From: Vicugna vicugna
Taxonomy: Eukaryota
NCBI GenBank assembly: GCA_013265495.1
Contig: MU058636.1
Location: 4,437,741-4,501,740 of the forward strand
DNA: 64,000 bases
Reading direction: 5' to 3'
Under the pieces are notes generated by a model that saw only the letters and a program-made list of their open reading frames with translations, did no database searches and was not told where the DNA came from. Of the stretch, positions 24,436 through 36,730 are shown one piece after another (positions within the stretch are counted from its first letter, which is position 1; each line of letters starts with the position of its first letter). The position numbers and the translations under genes were made by a program.

Positions 24436-24769
24436 TGGAGACAGTTTTTTAATACTGATTTTTTTACAGTAAATGTCTTCAGTGTGTCTAATTTGTGGTG
24501 GTGTTTGAAATATATATAATAATGCCAACTTAAGGCTTTTCCTTCAGTTCCGCATTTTCTAGGATTGCCCAATCTTATTTTCCCAATGTCTGCACTTCTG
24601 CATGACGTCACGCCTCCTTGTGGGTGCCGGGCTGCTATACTTATCACTTTGTGGACATTTGGTGCAATGTCACATCTTAGTGCCTTTGCTCCGGTTTCCT
24701 TTGCCTTCCTGGTGAACTCGCTCCTTCTCACGTGAAAACCCTTCTCTTCCCATTCCCCTCTCCATCAGG

Positions 24770-24940
24770 AAGAGTTGACCAAGTAGCTTTTTAATGCCAC
24801 CTCTGCACAGAGTGTTCTCTCTGTGTTGTAGTAACTAGTTTGTTATAGATCTGCTCCCTTCCCAGATGAAGACGTTCTTGAGAGCAGAGATCCTAGACGT
24901 AGAGTGATGTCAGACACAGAGTAGGTGCTCAGTAAATGGG
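24770..24940 (+). mobile_element. L2 3' end fragment
   Basis: TTCTTGAGAGCAGAGA...CAGACACAGAGTAGGTGCTCAGTAAAT. Confidence 0.6.
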
Positions 24941-26192
24941 CTGGCCAAAGACAAGGAGCGAGGGAAGGAGGGAAGAAAATATCCTTCTAAGGAGCCCCTG
25001 AAGAATCTGAGCAGAAGGGACCTGAGACACAGGAGGAGAAACAAGAGATAATAAATAGTGTCTTGGAAGCCAAGGGAACAGAGAATTTTAAGAGGGAAAG
25101 GCTGGTCATTAGTGTTAATTGTCATGGAGAGCCAGTGAGATAAGTACTGAAAATCTCCTTTGTATTTTTAGGAGCTGAGAAAAGATTTCCTCAGCTATAA
25201 TCACACCCTAGATACTACTGCAGGTGTGTTAACAACACCAAGCAAAGACGTGTTGGCAGTAAGAGGTGGCGGGTGACCTCCTGGAGAGGAGCATCAGTGA
25301 AACCCTGGACTTGGCGATAGCCGTCTTCGATACAGTACTTTCTTCTGGTGGCAAAGCCACTGAATAATGGGTCTTTCTGTTTACAGACTTTATAAATAAA
25401 GAGTTCAAAAATAAGAAGTAGTTGCACAGTATACAGTACAGCAGGGTCAGACTGAGATTTGGAAGCTAACTGGGTGACTGACTCTTCACAGAGCTAAAAA
25501 TCTTGGTGGATCATTTCTCAAAAGGTGATAATGAGCAAGATGGTTCCAGTTATAAAATTGTACAGTTCTCAACTGGCAGCTTTCTCACAAAAAGCCCAAT
25601 AATTTAGTAGTGCTATTTTAAAAGTATCAAAATTCACGAGGAAATCATAGCTGCAAAGTGAGGAAATGTCTTTCTGTGGAATATTTGAGCATTCTAAGAG
25701 AAAGGAGACAGTGTCTTACTAGCAGGCAGAATAAAATGTTCATGAGATGGTAACATCATTTAACAAAAAAATACACAACTTCTTGAAGGGTAAGAAATTA
25801 GAATAATTCAAAAGATTAATATTCTAGATTTTTAGGAGAATGGAAACCTTTAAAACGTAATGGTCATTAAAAATATAGGAATAGAAAACTATATATATTT
25901 CCAATTAAATATTTGTAATTACTTAATTATGCTGTAAGTTTTAAGAGTTTTTTTAGTTCAGAGCCCAGTATCATCATCTTCTTTTGACTACCTGAGAAAA
26001 CATGAAATTCCATTTTTAGCTGTTACTAGGAAGCAGGAAGGATAGACTTAACATTACAATCTGAATATTCTCATTCAGAGCAAACCAAGCTAGAGTTTTT
26101 GTGGATGATTATCATTCACGTTCTCAGACAATTTAAATATTTTGAAAGGAAAGTTTATTTTTCTCACGTTCACAGGTTTACTTACTACTTTT

Positions 26193-26238
26193 TATTTTAT
26201 TTTTATTTTTTATTTTTGGTAGGGGGAGGTAATTTGGT

Positions 26239-26269
<31 letters not shown>

Positions 26270-26358
26270 TTGTTTTTTAATGGAGGTACTGGGGAATTGA
26301 ACCCAGGACCTTGTGCATGCTAAGCACATGCTCTACCACTGAGCTATACCATCCCCCC
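26193..26358 (-). mobile_element. tRNA-Ala-derived SINE (vic-1-like) with TSD
   Basis: Same head and tail as the other copies, with an (ATTT)n linker; TSD TACTACTTTT at 26183-26192 and 26361-26370. Confidence 0.9.
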
Positions 26359-26989
26359 ACTACTACTTTTAAATAAATAAAAATTGTCCTTTTTTCATTC
26401 CCCTAAGGTTTTAATAATAGCAGATTGAAGTTGTTCCCACTTTTCTCTTTAAGAAAATGTATTAAATGAGGTAGATTCACATCTGTTTATATTCCCAATG
26501 GGTGGAGAATAGTTGGGCAGGACAGGGATTAAATTGAGCATATCAGGAACCTTGGAGTCCTCTCTTACATCATTTCATTTTTACAGGATCAGGAGATTAC
26601 AGGGACCTTCGCAATAGGGTAGGATTTTTTCCCCAATTATAATTCAAATCTCAGGGAAATATAATATGTTTATCTAAAAGGCATAATTATGAAAAGTCTC
26701 AACATGGATACTTTATGATTAAAGCAAAAACCTAAATCCCCTGCTGCTTTTTCTTACTTTCATTCCATTCATTCTTTAAGAAAGACCTCCAGACGGCTGG
26801 ATTACATGGGGCAGGCCCGGATAGGTCAGCCCGACCACGCCATCATTCGGTGATGCAGCGGACATCTACTTAAAACCAAGAGTGGTTTTAGAAAAACAGA
26901 GAAAGGTTTTCAAGCTCTTACAGATTTCATATACATTTAATAATGCAGTATGGTGTAGTCTGTTTTGTTTTTGTTTTTGTTTCTTCAAT

Positions 26990-27200
26990 ATGATGTAGTT
27001 TAAAGCATGGACTTGGGTGTAAGCATTGGAGTCAGGTCAGACTTAAGTTCAAATCTTCTCTGCCCCAATTCCTAGATATTTGACGTCTCAGTGTGCTCAT
27101 CGGGGGGGTTAGGAAGAATCAATGTGATAGTGCATGTCAGAAGCTTAGCACAGAACCCGGCCGGTATTAAGCTTGCAATAAACCACAGCTATTATTATAA
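26990..27200 (+). mobile_element. MIR
   Basis: TTGGAGTCAGGTCAGACTTAAGTTCAAATC...AATGTGATAGTGCATGTCAGAAGCTTAGCACAGAACC. Confidence 0.6.
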
Positions 27201-30200
27201 TGCATTCCAGGTGCGCACAGCCAGCCTGAAGATGCAGCTTACCAGTTCCACACTGTGTGTGATAGTAACACTGTTCCTCAGAGACTCCATTTCATCTCAT
27301 ATATACTCTTATTTAGCCCCGTGAGGATACCATGAATTGGGAAAGACACAGTCACTAAATGCTCAACTTTCTGCTTCTCTGTTGCTAGATTTCTCCCTGT
27401 TAGCACCCAGTATTTTGCGTCCTAGGCTCTACCCTGCTAGATATTTGAAACTCAAGCATTGTTCTTGAGATTTTCACTATGGAAATGTATTTTCTTCTCC
27501 TATTAAATCATTACCTTAAACTTTAAATAATGCTGTACTTTTTAAGTCTTTAACAGGAAAAAAATGTGTCTTTTCATTAAGCTAAGGGAGACTCAAGAAG
27601 TCTCATGGGCTTTTCAAAGTAGTTTTGAACAAGCCACTCATTGTTTTGACATTTTGGTATGTTCCAACTTGGCAAAACAGTTTTAAGTCCTGCGAGGGGA
27701 AGGGTGTAGTTGTTTCTCAGAATTAGTGAAATAACATAATAATCTCATATGTAAGTGTGTAAATATGGATTATAATTAAAATTTATGGGTTATAAATGCA
27801 ACCCAAATCTGGACATACTTGTTAAAAAAACACTTTTTCTCTTCAGAAGATCTTTTGTAGTTTAAAGACCTATCTATTGCTGAAAGAGCATAAGGAGAAA
27901 AGAGAGTGAAACTTACAGGAGTGTGGAAGTGTGCCCTAAATTAGGTGAAAAGACTCAGCCCCTCCGTTCTAACAACTAATATAGCCTACTGGGCATCCAG
28001 GAAACAGGAGTTAACAGTGATTTCTGAAACAACCCCCAAATCCTTTACGATGTTCTGTATCTACTGATCCCAGGCACTGGGAAGAGAAAAGGCAGATCTT
28101 ATCATCTTTATCTCCTGACTCACCATGCAACCAGACGGAACTTAAGAGAGGTGGGAGAGTGTGTGTGTCTGTGAGAGACAGAGACAGAGAGATAGGGAGA
28201 GAGGAGGGGCGGGGGAGAGGAGACACTGCCCTCGGACACAAGAGAATAAATGAGTGCGTTCTGACTTTTGTACAGTCAGTTAAAGAAAAGAGGGCAGAAC
28301 GTTTCCACATCAATAGAGTGAGGGGGAAAGAAACAAAGGACACAAAAATGCAAAATCTGGGAGAGAAAGAAGGAAAATCTGGGATGGGTGAAGCAGGAGT
28401 CTAGTAAATGCAGCTTTTCCTCAGACCAGCAAACCAGTTGACCATTTGAGTTGAGCGCAAGGCAGAATCCCCACAAGGATAACGACGTTTACTTTTCATT
28501 TGCTGAGTGGAGGCCACCATCACTTGCACGGTCACAGCTTGTTTGCTAGACCTCTGACTTCCCCGCCAGACAGCTAAAACTTTTTGAGAAGCCATCTGCC
28601 AGGTAGAGCACAGGATGGAAGGGGTGGGTGGGGAGCCGTGCTGGGTTCCCGGCGGTACACACCCACCACGGGTTCCTTCCTGATCATCACCAACCATCTC
28701 TCATCAACTTGTCCAGCCAACTTCCAGCTGGCTGCCTGCCACATAAGGAATTTCATAAAGACGGATGTTTGTTCTGCGTGTGTAGTTTGAAACAAAAAAG
28801 ATAGGAGGGAATGTAAAAATGCTTCTCGAAAACTTGTGAAAATCTACACGAGTTTGGGAACTGGTAATAATAATTAGACTGGCCACTTGCATAGATATTC
28901 ATCCGTAAAGAGTAAGTTGTGTTTGCTTTACGGCGTTGCACTGATAAAACAGCAATTTCACACGGTAACCATTATACCGCTTTTATTACCCGTGTGCCAC
29001 ATCTGTTCACATTCCTCAGTCTTCTGCACCTAATGATTTTTTTGGATCTCTCCTCCCCCTTGCTATTAACTGTTGAAGGGAGGGGCTACTGAGTAATTCT
29101 ACACCTGTTCAAGTCCACGCCTACCAACTTGCTCAGCTTCCCAAACAAGTGCGGGTAAAGCACCAGAACGTCTGAATCTGGGGTGGGGACGGCGGTGGCT
29201 GCCGCTGGGTTTGGCTTTTCAGATTTTTGTTAAGAAAATCTAATGTATCTCCTACCATGGCAGTTGATGACAGCAATTTATATTCCAGAACGAAGAACAA
29301 ACTAAATTCATCTCAGAATGACTGTAAATCATCCAGACGGAGTAGCCTGCCACCTGAATTGCTCATAGGAAATGACATTAAAGGAAGACTTCAAAGGAAC
29401 ATTAAAAACTTGGAACCCATTCACCTGAGGCGCCCGAAAAAGAGACCATCCATATTTCCAGGTAGGATTTGTTTCAAGTGATGCCTGCCAGTTAAAAAAC
29501 AAAAACAATAAGGACTGTCCATCGTTTGTTCAGATCAGATGTGTTACATTTGAAATTAACTTGGGATATGTTTAAGAGCTTAAAGTAGCCAACTAAACAT
29601 GTTCGAATGTGAAGGATAGAGTGATTCCTCCATCTGAAAGCACTTCTGTCTTTTTTTTCCCTTTATTTCTTTTAACATCTTCAAGGGTCTGTAAATAGGC
29701 AGATAAATTTTCTTATCAGGAGCAGCAGGATCACAGAACTGCTTTGCTTGCAGTCCTGAAGAATTCCATGCTGCATTTCATTCTCTGGCGTATTTTCCTT
29801 ATTTTGCAAGATTATTGGATTGTTGAGTGAAGCTGATGTTTGTGTGCACCAGAAATTAACACCATGAAATACTCGAATGCATGCTTCAAATTCCTGTCTT
29901 GCATCAGAGCCTAAAACCATTTGTAGTAAAGGGCTCGATTAAACAATGTGGATGGTGAAGTGGATTAGAGTACAGAAGACTCGTGGATTTCAATCTCGAT
30001 AAAGAGATGGCTGCTGTAGACGTCTGTGCCTGAAATGACAGGTGTGCAGGTTGTGTAAGATGCCCGTGACAGTGAACTCTCACTGAGGGATCACTGGCGC
30101 ATGATCACTAGAGAGGATGAATTATTTCGTCAACTTACTTCCATACTATTTGCACTGGAATTTTCCTGGAGAAACGGAAAGTGGCCTTTCTGTTGTGATT

Positions 30201-31469
30201 GAGTGACTGGAGTCTTTAAGGAGGATAGATTACACCCAACTGCTGGGGGTTAACTCTGTGATGAAAACAAACAAAAATAATTCAGTCAAGCTTTACTTCA
30301 TCATAAAGATGAAATGGACCCCCACACAGAACAGCTGAGTCTTTATGTTGCTTTTTTAGGAGGTGGTTTAGAAGTGTGGGGACCCAGGGCCTCAAGCTGA
30401 AACATTTCATTTCTCAAAGGAATTCTTGTTTTTATGAAGTTCTTGGTTCAGTGATGTGGGAACTCCTGTGCAGGAAAAAGCAAAGACCAGACTAGAACGG
30501 GCAGAGGTGGAAGTGTCTGATCGCACTGGGGGGAGAAGGAAGGGGATGATCTGAGAAAGCTTGCAAGGTGGAGCGTCTGAGTGTCTCAAGTTTCTAAAAA
30601 CACAGTCGCTTTCTGCCTGCTCTCTTTGACCTGAAGGCACCGTGGAGCCCAGAGCTGCCTTGCTCTGAGCTGGCGTGACATGGAGTGTTTTCTGTGGAGC
30701 TGGCTCACTAGCCCATCTTCGGGAACCTTCTCCCAGACCTGTTTTTCACCTTCTGCTCTTTCTTCTCTTCCCTTGTGTTTTGGTTTAACACGTCTGGATC
30801 CACGTGTGTCATGATTCACCCTGCTTTCTCTGCCACCACGACGCAGCCCCACCCGCATACTTCACGATGGCTTCTTTCTCCCCCTTTCTAGCAGCCAGGT
30901 CCCCAGACACCTCATGGCCTCCAGCCACGAGCCCCATTTTGCCCTCTCTTTCAGTAAGGTCATCTAGCGCTGGCTGGCAGCTACAGCCACACAATTGTAA
31001 GAAGACCTCCAGTTTGGACCTTGTTATCCTTTATAAGCTCTAAAATTGTTGTCATTAATTTGACAGGGTGGAGTCGTGAAAAGAGCGTTGAACTTTGGGG
31101 ACCTGAGCCTAGTCTACACTGCCCCTAAATGGCTGTGTGTGATCTCCAAGGCACCTCACCGACCCCGTGGCCTTCAAGTACATTATTTTTTCTGCCCATT
31201 TCTGCTGTCACTCCCCTGCGTTGGGGTGGCAATGGAGATGAGCTCTCTATGTCCTTCCCCCAATCTTACTGCCAGGGTCTCCGATGGACAAGGTTGAGAG
31301 TAAACTGCCCCAGGTTTGAACAGTACTGGCTACTCATTTTTTAAAATTCCCTTTCAGATAAACCACGACTTCCCTGTAATACAGATTGCACCAACTACTT
31401 TTTACAGTGGGTGACTGAGAAATGCCACCAGGCTGCACATCCCACCGTAGCTCCTAAACTTCCGCTGAG

Positions 31470-31670
31470 AACAGAACTGTACATAGATTGGGATAACCAT
31501 TCGCATTTTATACTGCTTGGCAGTTACACACAGAGAGCAGATGTAATGTGGGACCAGAGGGTTGGAGAGATTAAGGCGCAACTCAAAATTAACTGGCAAA
31601 CCTCTAGCTCAGACATGGGTCTTCTAACTCCAGCGTTGAAGCTGTTTCCATCGGTTTCGCTGCGCTCCAC
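31470..31670 (-). mobile_element. MIR
   Basis: CAGAGGGTTGGAGAGATTAAGGCGCAACTCAAAATT...TCTTCTAACTCCAG. Confidence 0.45.
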
Positions 31671-31929
31671 TGCCCACTGTTGCTATCATTTGTCTGATGA
31701 GTTTAAGATTTGAAGATGTGTCCGTGTTCCGACGTGCGTGCCCTCTGACCCTTACACACACACAGAAAACTGTATCTTCCACCTCAAGCCTCCTGTTTTC
31801 CCTCCTGCGCTGGATGATTGAAGGATAGGTTGACCAGTTCCTTCATTCACTCCTCAAATATTTAGTTCTTGTACTGTGTTAGGGTAGACTTTCAAGAATC
31901 TACCTGTTACCCTTCTGGCCTCATCTCCC

Positions 31930-32515
31930 ATTTCTCCTCTAAGGGCCATCTCACACTGCAGAGACTTATCTATCCCAAATGCAAATATGTTTCTTTCATT
32001 CCCTTGCTTAAAATTCTTCAGTGGTTACCAGTGCTGTCAGGATAAAGTCCAGACCCCTTCATGTTGAGTACAGGAGCCTGCAGGACCGGCCACTGCTTCC
32101 GGCCCCATCCCTCAGCTCCCCTCCCCCTTGCAGTCTAGCAAAGCCAGCCAGCCTCAGATCCCCGGGGCCCAGCACACGTGCTCTGCTAGGGTAGGTGCTG
32201 TACAACCAACCTGCACCGGCTCACCTTCTAATTCCTACTTTGGCTTCCAGTGTCAGCTTGGCACCCCTTCTTCTAGGAAGCTTTCCTGGCCCTCACACCT
32301 GGGCCAGGTCCATTCTGTGTCCTTCTCATAACACCTGGGCTTTTCCCTAGCACAGCACTTATCACACTGTATTGTCATCGTCTGTTTGCTTGTCTGTATC
32401 TTCCACCAGCCAGGGAGCCAGGGACCATATCGGTCTTCTTAACCATTGTATCCCTGGTACCTATCACAATGCTTGGCACATGGTGTGAACTCAATAAATA
32501 TTTATTCAGTTGACT
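31930..32515 (+). mobile_element. L2 3' region
   Basis: CTTGCTTAAAATTCTTCAGTGG...CAGGATAAAGTCCAGAC...ATTGTATCCCTGGTACCTATCACAATGCTTGGCACATGG...CTCAATAAATATTT. Confidence 0.85.
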
Positions 32516-32580
32516 CAAATCCTGCTGGACAGAATTAGCTCTTGGCATGCCTTGTATACTCCCATTCTCTCGACCCTCCC

Positions 32581-32629
32581 AACACACACACGTGCACACA
32601 CACATACACACACATGCACACACACACAC
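32581..32629. repeat. Imperfect (CA)n microsatellite
   Basis: Read directly from the sequence. Confidence 0.9.
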
Positions 32630-34739
32630 CTGTATTCCTATTATGCCCGTTTTTCATTCTCCCTCTGGGCTTCAGGGCCTAATTCAAGACCTGTCTTCTG
32701 TAGTCACCCAGTCTTTGACCTCTTTGAGTTCTCCTTTATGCCTGCTACCTCCCTGGCCTCGGTGCTGCACAAAGAGTCTTTCCCATTCTTCTTGGGATTG
32801 TGTTCAATTGTCTTAGGTTGTGAATGGGTTCAGTGGTCCCTTTGTGGCAACTGTTAAGTTTTTGTTTGCATAGAAACTCTTTGAAAGCAGGGACTATATC
32901 TTATGTGTTCTTGAATGGCCCAATGTGTAGGAGAGGAAATTGCACATAGTAGGTTATCAGTTAACATCTGGTGGGGAACTAAGTTGCTGGAAGGCTGTGT
33001 GCATCCTGTGGGGCCTTCCTGATTCTGGCTCCAGGAAAAACTGGCTGTAGAGACTGTCAAAGGGGGAGGCCTTTATACTGATTTTCATCACTACAGGAAC
33101 TCCTGGTAGGGGAGGAATGCGGGTACCTCTTGTCTCAGTGTGTAATTCTTTCATTACAAAATGCGTTAGGGTTCTACTCTATGCCGAGAGCTATTCCGGA
33201 CCTTGGAAAGAGAGCAGAAAATAAGGCAGTTTCCTGTGTGACTGATGGCAAAGGGTTTTCCTTGCAGGATGCCTTGTGTGTTGTGCAACCCAATAAGCAT
33301 CTCTTGAGTAAAGGAATGAGCGCACACCACACTCACAGCCATGGATCTTCAAAAACAAAAGCAATAAGTTTAAAAATAATATTTTTATGATTTTTACCAA
33401 AAAGTAAAAACTAATCATTTTTCTTCCCTTAAAGAAGCCTCAGGAATAGAATGCTAGTTTGAGTTGCTTGGTTGAAGTTCTATGTCTGGGTCTCACCAAG
33501 CCAGGCGTTAAGAGTGTAAGTCTCCAGCCGGCGGCCAGCCTGGCTTCCTCGTCCCCTGAAGGAAGTCCGGCGGCTCCAGAGCAGAGGGCTTAGCTTGGGT
33601 GAAGAAAGCGAAGGAAGAGGGAGAAGTGGTCCCAACACGGACTGCACCCCCAGGCATGTAGGGTTAAAACGAGCATCTCTTCCTTTACCTGGAAGCAGGT
33701 GGGGCTCAGGTGCCAGGTGTAGTGGGCGTTCATTCAGCAAACAAGTTGGTGTGTTTAATCAGCTCATTCTTGAAATATCCTGCTGATTTTACAGTCACCT
33801 GTTTGAAAAGCCAGGAGCCATCTGCTTGGAGGAAACAGGCAGTTCCCCGCATGTCCTTGTTGCTGAGTCGGAGGAACGGGCTGAGGCTCTGATCGGGACT
33901 CACGTGGCAGGTGTATCAGCATGCAGGCTCACCTCCATTCTCATACTTAAGTCAGTTCTGTTCCAGAGGCGTTTTTTTTTTTTTTAATCCACAATCTAAA
34001 AAATGTTATTTAAAATCATTTTACTAACTAAACAGATTTTGAACATTTCTAAAGTAAAGCTGCTTTTTTTTTTCTTGCTGCATGTAGGATTTTCTTGGAA
34101 ACACAGGGTAGTAGCAGGAACAATGCAGCCAGATGGTTCTGGGCTCCCTTAGGGTGGCAGAAGGAGACAGTAAGGACTGGCAGTTCCGTTCTGGCCCCTC
34201 CTGGGAGCCTGCTTCTCCAGGCATGGGCAAGACACCCTGTAACTAAGCCTGCCTCCTCAAGTGTTACGTTCGTGTTAGAATTCTGTCATGTTAGTGATTC
34301 AATGATGTTTCAGCCGGGCCTTCCAGGGACAATGAGAACTTGGTGGCACCTCCTTAAAGTCATGCTGTGGAAAGAGTGCTTCCTAGGATTGTGCCCAGTT
34401 GGATTCAGTGGTTCCCCTTTGTGACAACAGGACCCACCCACGTTTTATACACCTCAGTGTCCCCACAACACCCACCGCGGGTCTTTGATACGGGAGGTGC
34501 CGGGAGATGGTGAAGTAGGCAGGCAAGGTGGAGGCGTCTGAGAATGGATGTGTCACAACCACTCTGGGGCCACACCCCCGTCCTGGTCCCGAGACTTCCT
34601 TCCACAGCCCCCTTCCAAAGCCCGCTGCTCTCAGGGCCCCAGGCAAGACAGCCTCAAAGGCATGAGTTTGAACCCCTCCTCTTATGAAAGAGTTTCAGCC
34701 AGAGGATTCCACAAAGGAAATGTCTGCCTCACAACTGGG

Positions 34740-34920
34740 CTCAAGTTCTGACCCCCAATCTTACTAACTGTGTGACCTTGGACAAGTCACGTGACCTCTC
34801 GGAACCTACTTCTTCATCTGTGAAATGGGAGTGAAAATACCAGGGTCACAGGGTTGTGTGAAACTCAGACGATACAGTCCCTGATGATGAGGTGATACAT
34901 AGCAGGAACTGACAGTGTTC
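34740..34920 (+). mobile_element. MIR
   Basis: CTTACTAACTGTGTGACCTTGGACAAGTCACGTGACCTCTC...TCATCTGTGAAATGGGA. Confidence 0.8.
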
Positions 34921-36212
34921 ACTCTGTCTTTCTTTCTTTTGGATATCAGAGGTTTGGTTTCTCATAATCAGTACCTTTTCTTTTAATGGGTGAGTGGAGA
35001 GTGTAGTTGGAACACTTGCAGTCTTTCTGGTTGGAAGACTTCATCTGACCCTCTATGTAGATTATGTATAATGAGACACCACTAAAAAACCTGTTAGTTT
35101 AAATTTACCATAAAAAGAGGATAACATGCAAACTCTTCTTCATAATATAAATATCCATATATTTTCTCAACACAAATTTTAAACTTCAGAGTAATGTCAT
35201 GTCAGGCCTCTGAAAATTGTTCAGTGTTAGAAACAACAATGTCTGTGATTTAGAAACTTACCTGTAGCTTTGTTGTGTTTCATGATTTACCTAATCTCTG
35301 CTTTTGGAAATTCAGTTTTGGCTTTTCTTTGAGCTAAAAGTTGGAATAGGAAGGTAATTGGTCTGCAATTATGTATTATATATAGCTTATATACGAGATT
35401 ATAAATGAAGTCACTTGAAATTAATCTTTTTAAATACTAGAAGTGTTTACACTTCAAAAACTTTGGAAAGTCAGCATTTAACATTTTCATTTAAAATATT
35501 TATAGCTTTTCTTTCTCAGAAATATTGATGCAGCAAAAACTGAGGTATTTTGTTGACTTAAATTAACCAAATTTATTTTTTGGACAAGTTTATTTGGGAG
35601 GTGAAATTTCTGTTCTTGTTTTGCTTTGTTTTGTTTTCTAAAATGAAACAAAACCAAAAACTTTTAATGAGGATGTTAGTGGTAGCCCAGTTACTTTTAA
35701 GGAAAACAGAAGTGCTAACGCTATTTACCTGCATGCTTTATAAGGAAGAGGAGATATGTTTGACCTTTATGCAGGGACCAGTAGTGAGCCCAGCATAAGC
35801 AGAAGGCATGAGATTTAAACCTTGACTTCAGGCTTTTCCTCCATAAAAAATAAATAAATACAAACATAGGATTCTGAATTCAGGACACACGATATAGGTA
35901 TATTGAGAAGTGGCTTAAAAGCTTCTGTTCTAAAAGCCGTTCATTTCCATTTGTTGATCTACAGCAAATGTAGAACTTCATACATTTGACCGCTCCCACA
36001 CACTTTTCTCCCTATTCTTGAATAATGCTCTAAAGTCTAGTAGTCACATCTAGATTATGAAGAAATAATGTATTTTTACATCCATATAACTTTACTCAAG
36101 ATACTTCAGTGGTAATTTTAAGCTTTTTTTATTGTTTTCATGAATGGTGTAGTTTTTCTTGTTTGTTTCTGATACTTTATTTTTTCTCTAGGTAACTATT
36201 TAAAAAATTATT

Positions 36213-36226
36213 CTTACCATGGCAAC
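36213..36226. promoter_or_regulatory. Candidate RFX X-box
   Basis: CTTACCATGGCAAC matches 13 of 14 positions of GTTRCCATGGYAAC; motif only. Confidence 0.3.
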
Positions 36227-36260
36227 CTCAGTGCTGGCTCTGGAAAATACCATTTCTTTC

Positions 36261-36730
36261 TTTTTTTTTTTTCCATTTCATTTTAATTGAAGTATAGTTG
36301 GTTTATAATGTGTCAATTTCTGGTGTAGAGCATAATGTTTTGGGCATACATTACATGTATTCCTTCCCATATTCTTTTTCATTACAGGTTACTGTAAGAT
36401 ATTGAATATAGTTCCCTGTGCTATACAGTATAAACTTATTGTTTATTTGTTTTACATATAGTAGTTAGTATCTGCAAATCTCCAACTCCCAATTTATCCC
36501 TTCCCACCCCCTTTTGCTTCTGGTAACCATAAGTTTGTTTTCTATGTCTGTGAGTCTGTTTCTGATTTGTAAATAAGTTCATTTGTGTCCTTTTTTAGAT
36601 TCCACATATAAGTGATATATGGTGTTTTTCTTTTTCTTTCTGGCTTTACTTCACTTAGAATGATGATCCCCAGGTCCATCCATGTTGCTGCAAATGGTAT
36701 AATTTAATTCTTTTTATGGCTGAGTAGTAT
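36261..36730 (-). mobile_element. L1 3' end (cetartiodactyl L1MA9/L1_Art-like)
   Basis: poly(T), TTGAAGTATAGTTG...ATATTGAATATAGTTCCCTGTGCTATACAGTA...TTAGATTCCACATATAAGTG...CTTTTTATGGCTGAGTAGTAT. Confidence 0.9.

Noticed and set aside
24013..24528. 171-aa ORF as a host gene
   Set aside because: It is the L1 ORF2p C-terminus fused by chance to flanking sequence beyond the TSD.
33497..33592. Minus-strand exon candidate (pyrimidine tract, AAG acceptor, GTGAGA donor)
   Set aside because: The splice sites are weaker and no frame gives a recognisable peptide, so it is within chance expectation.
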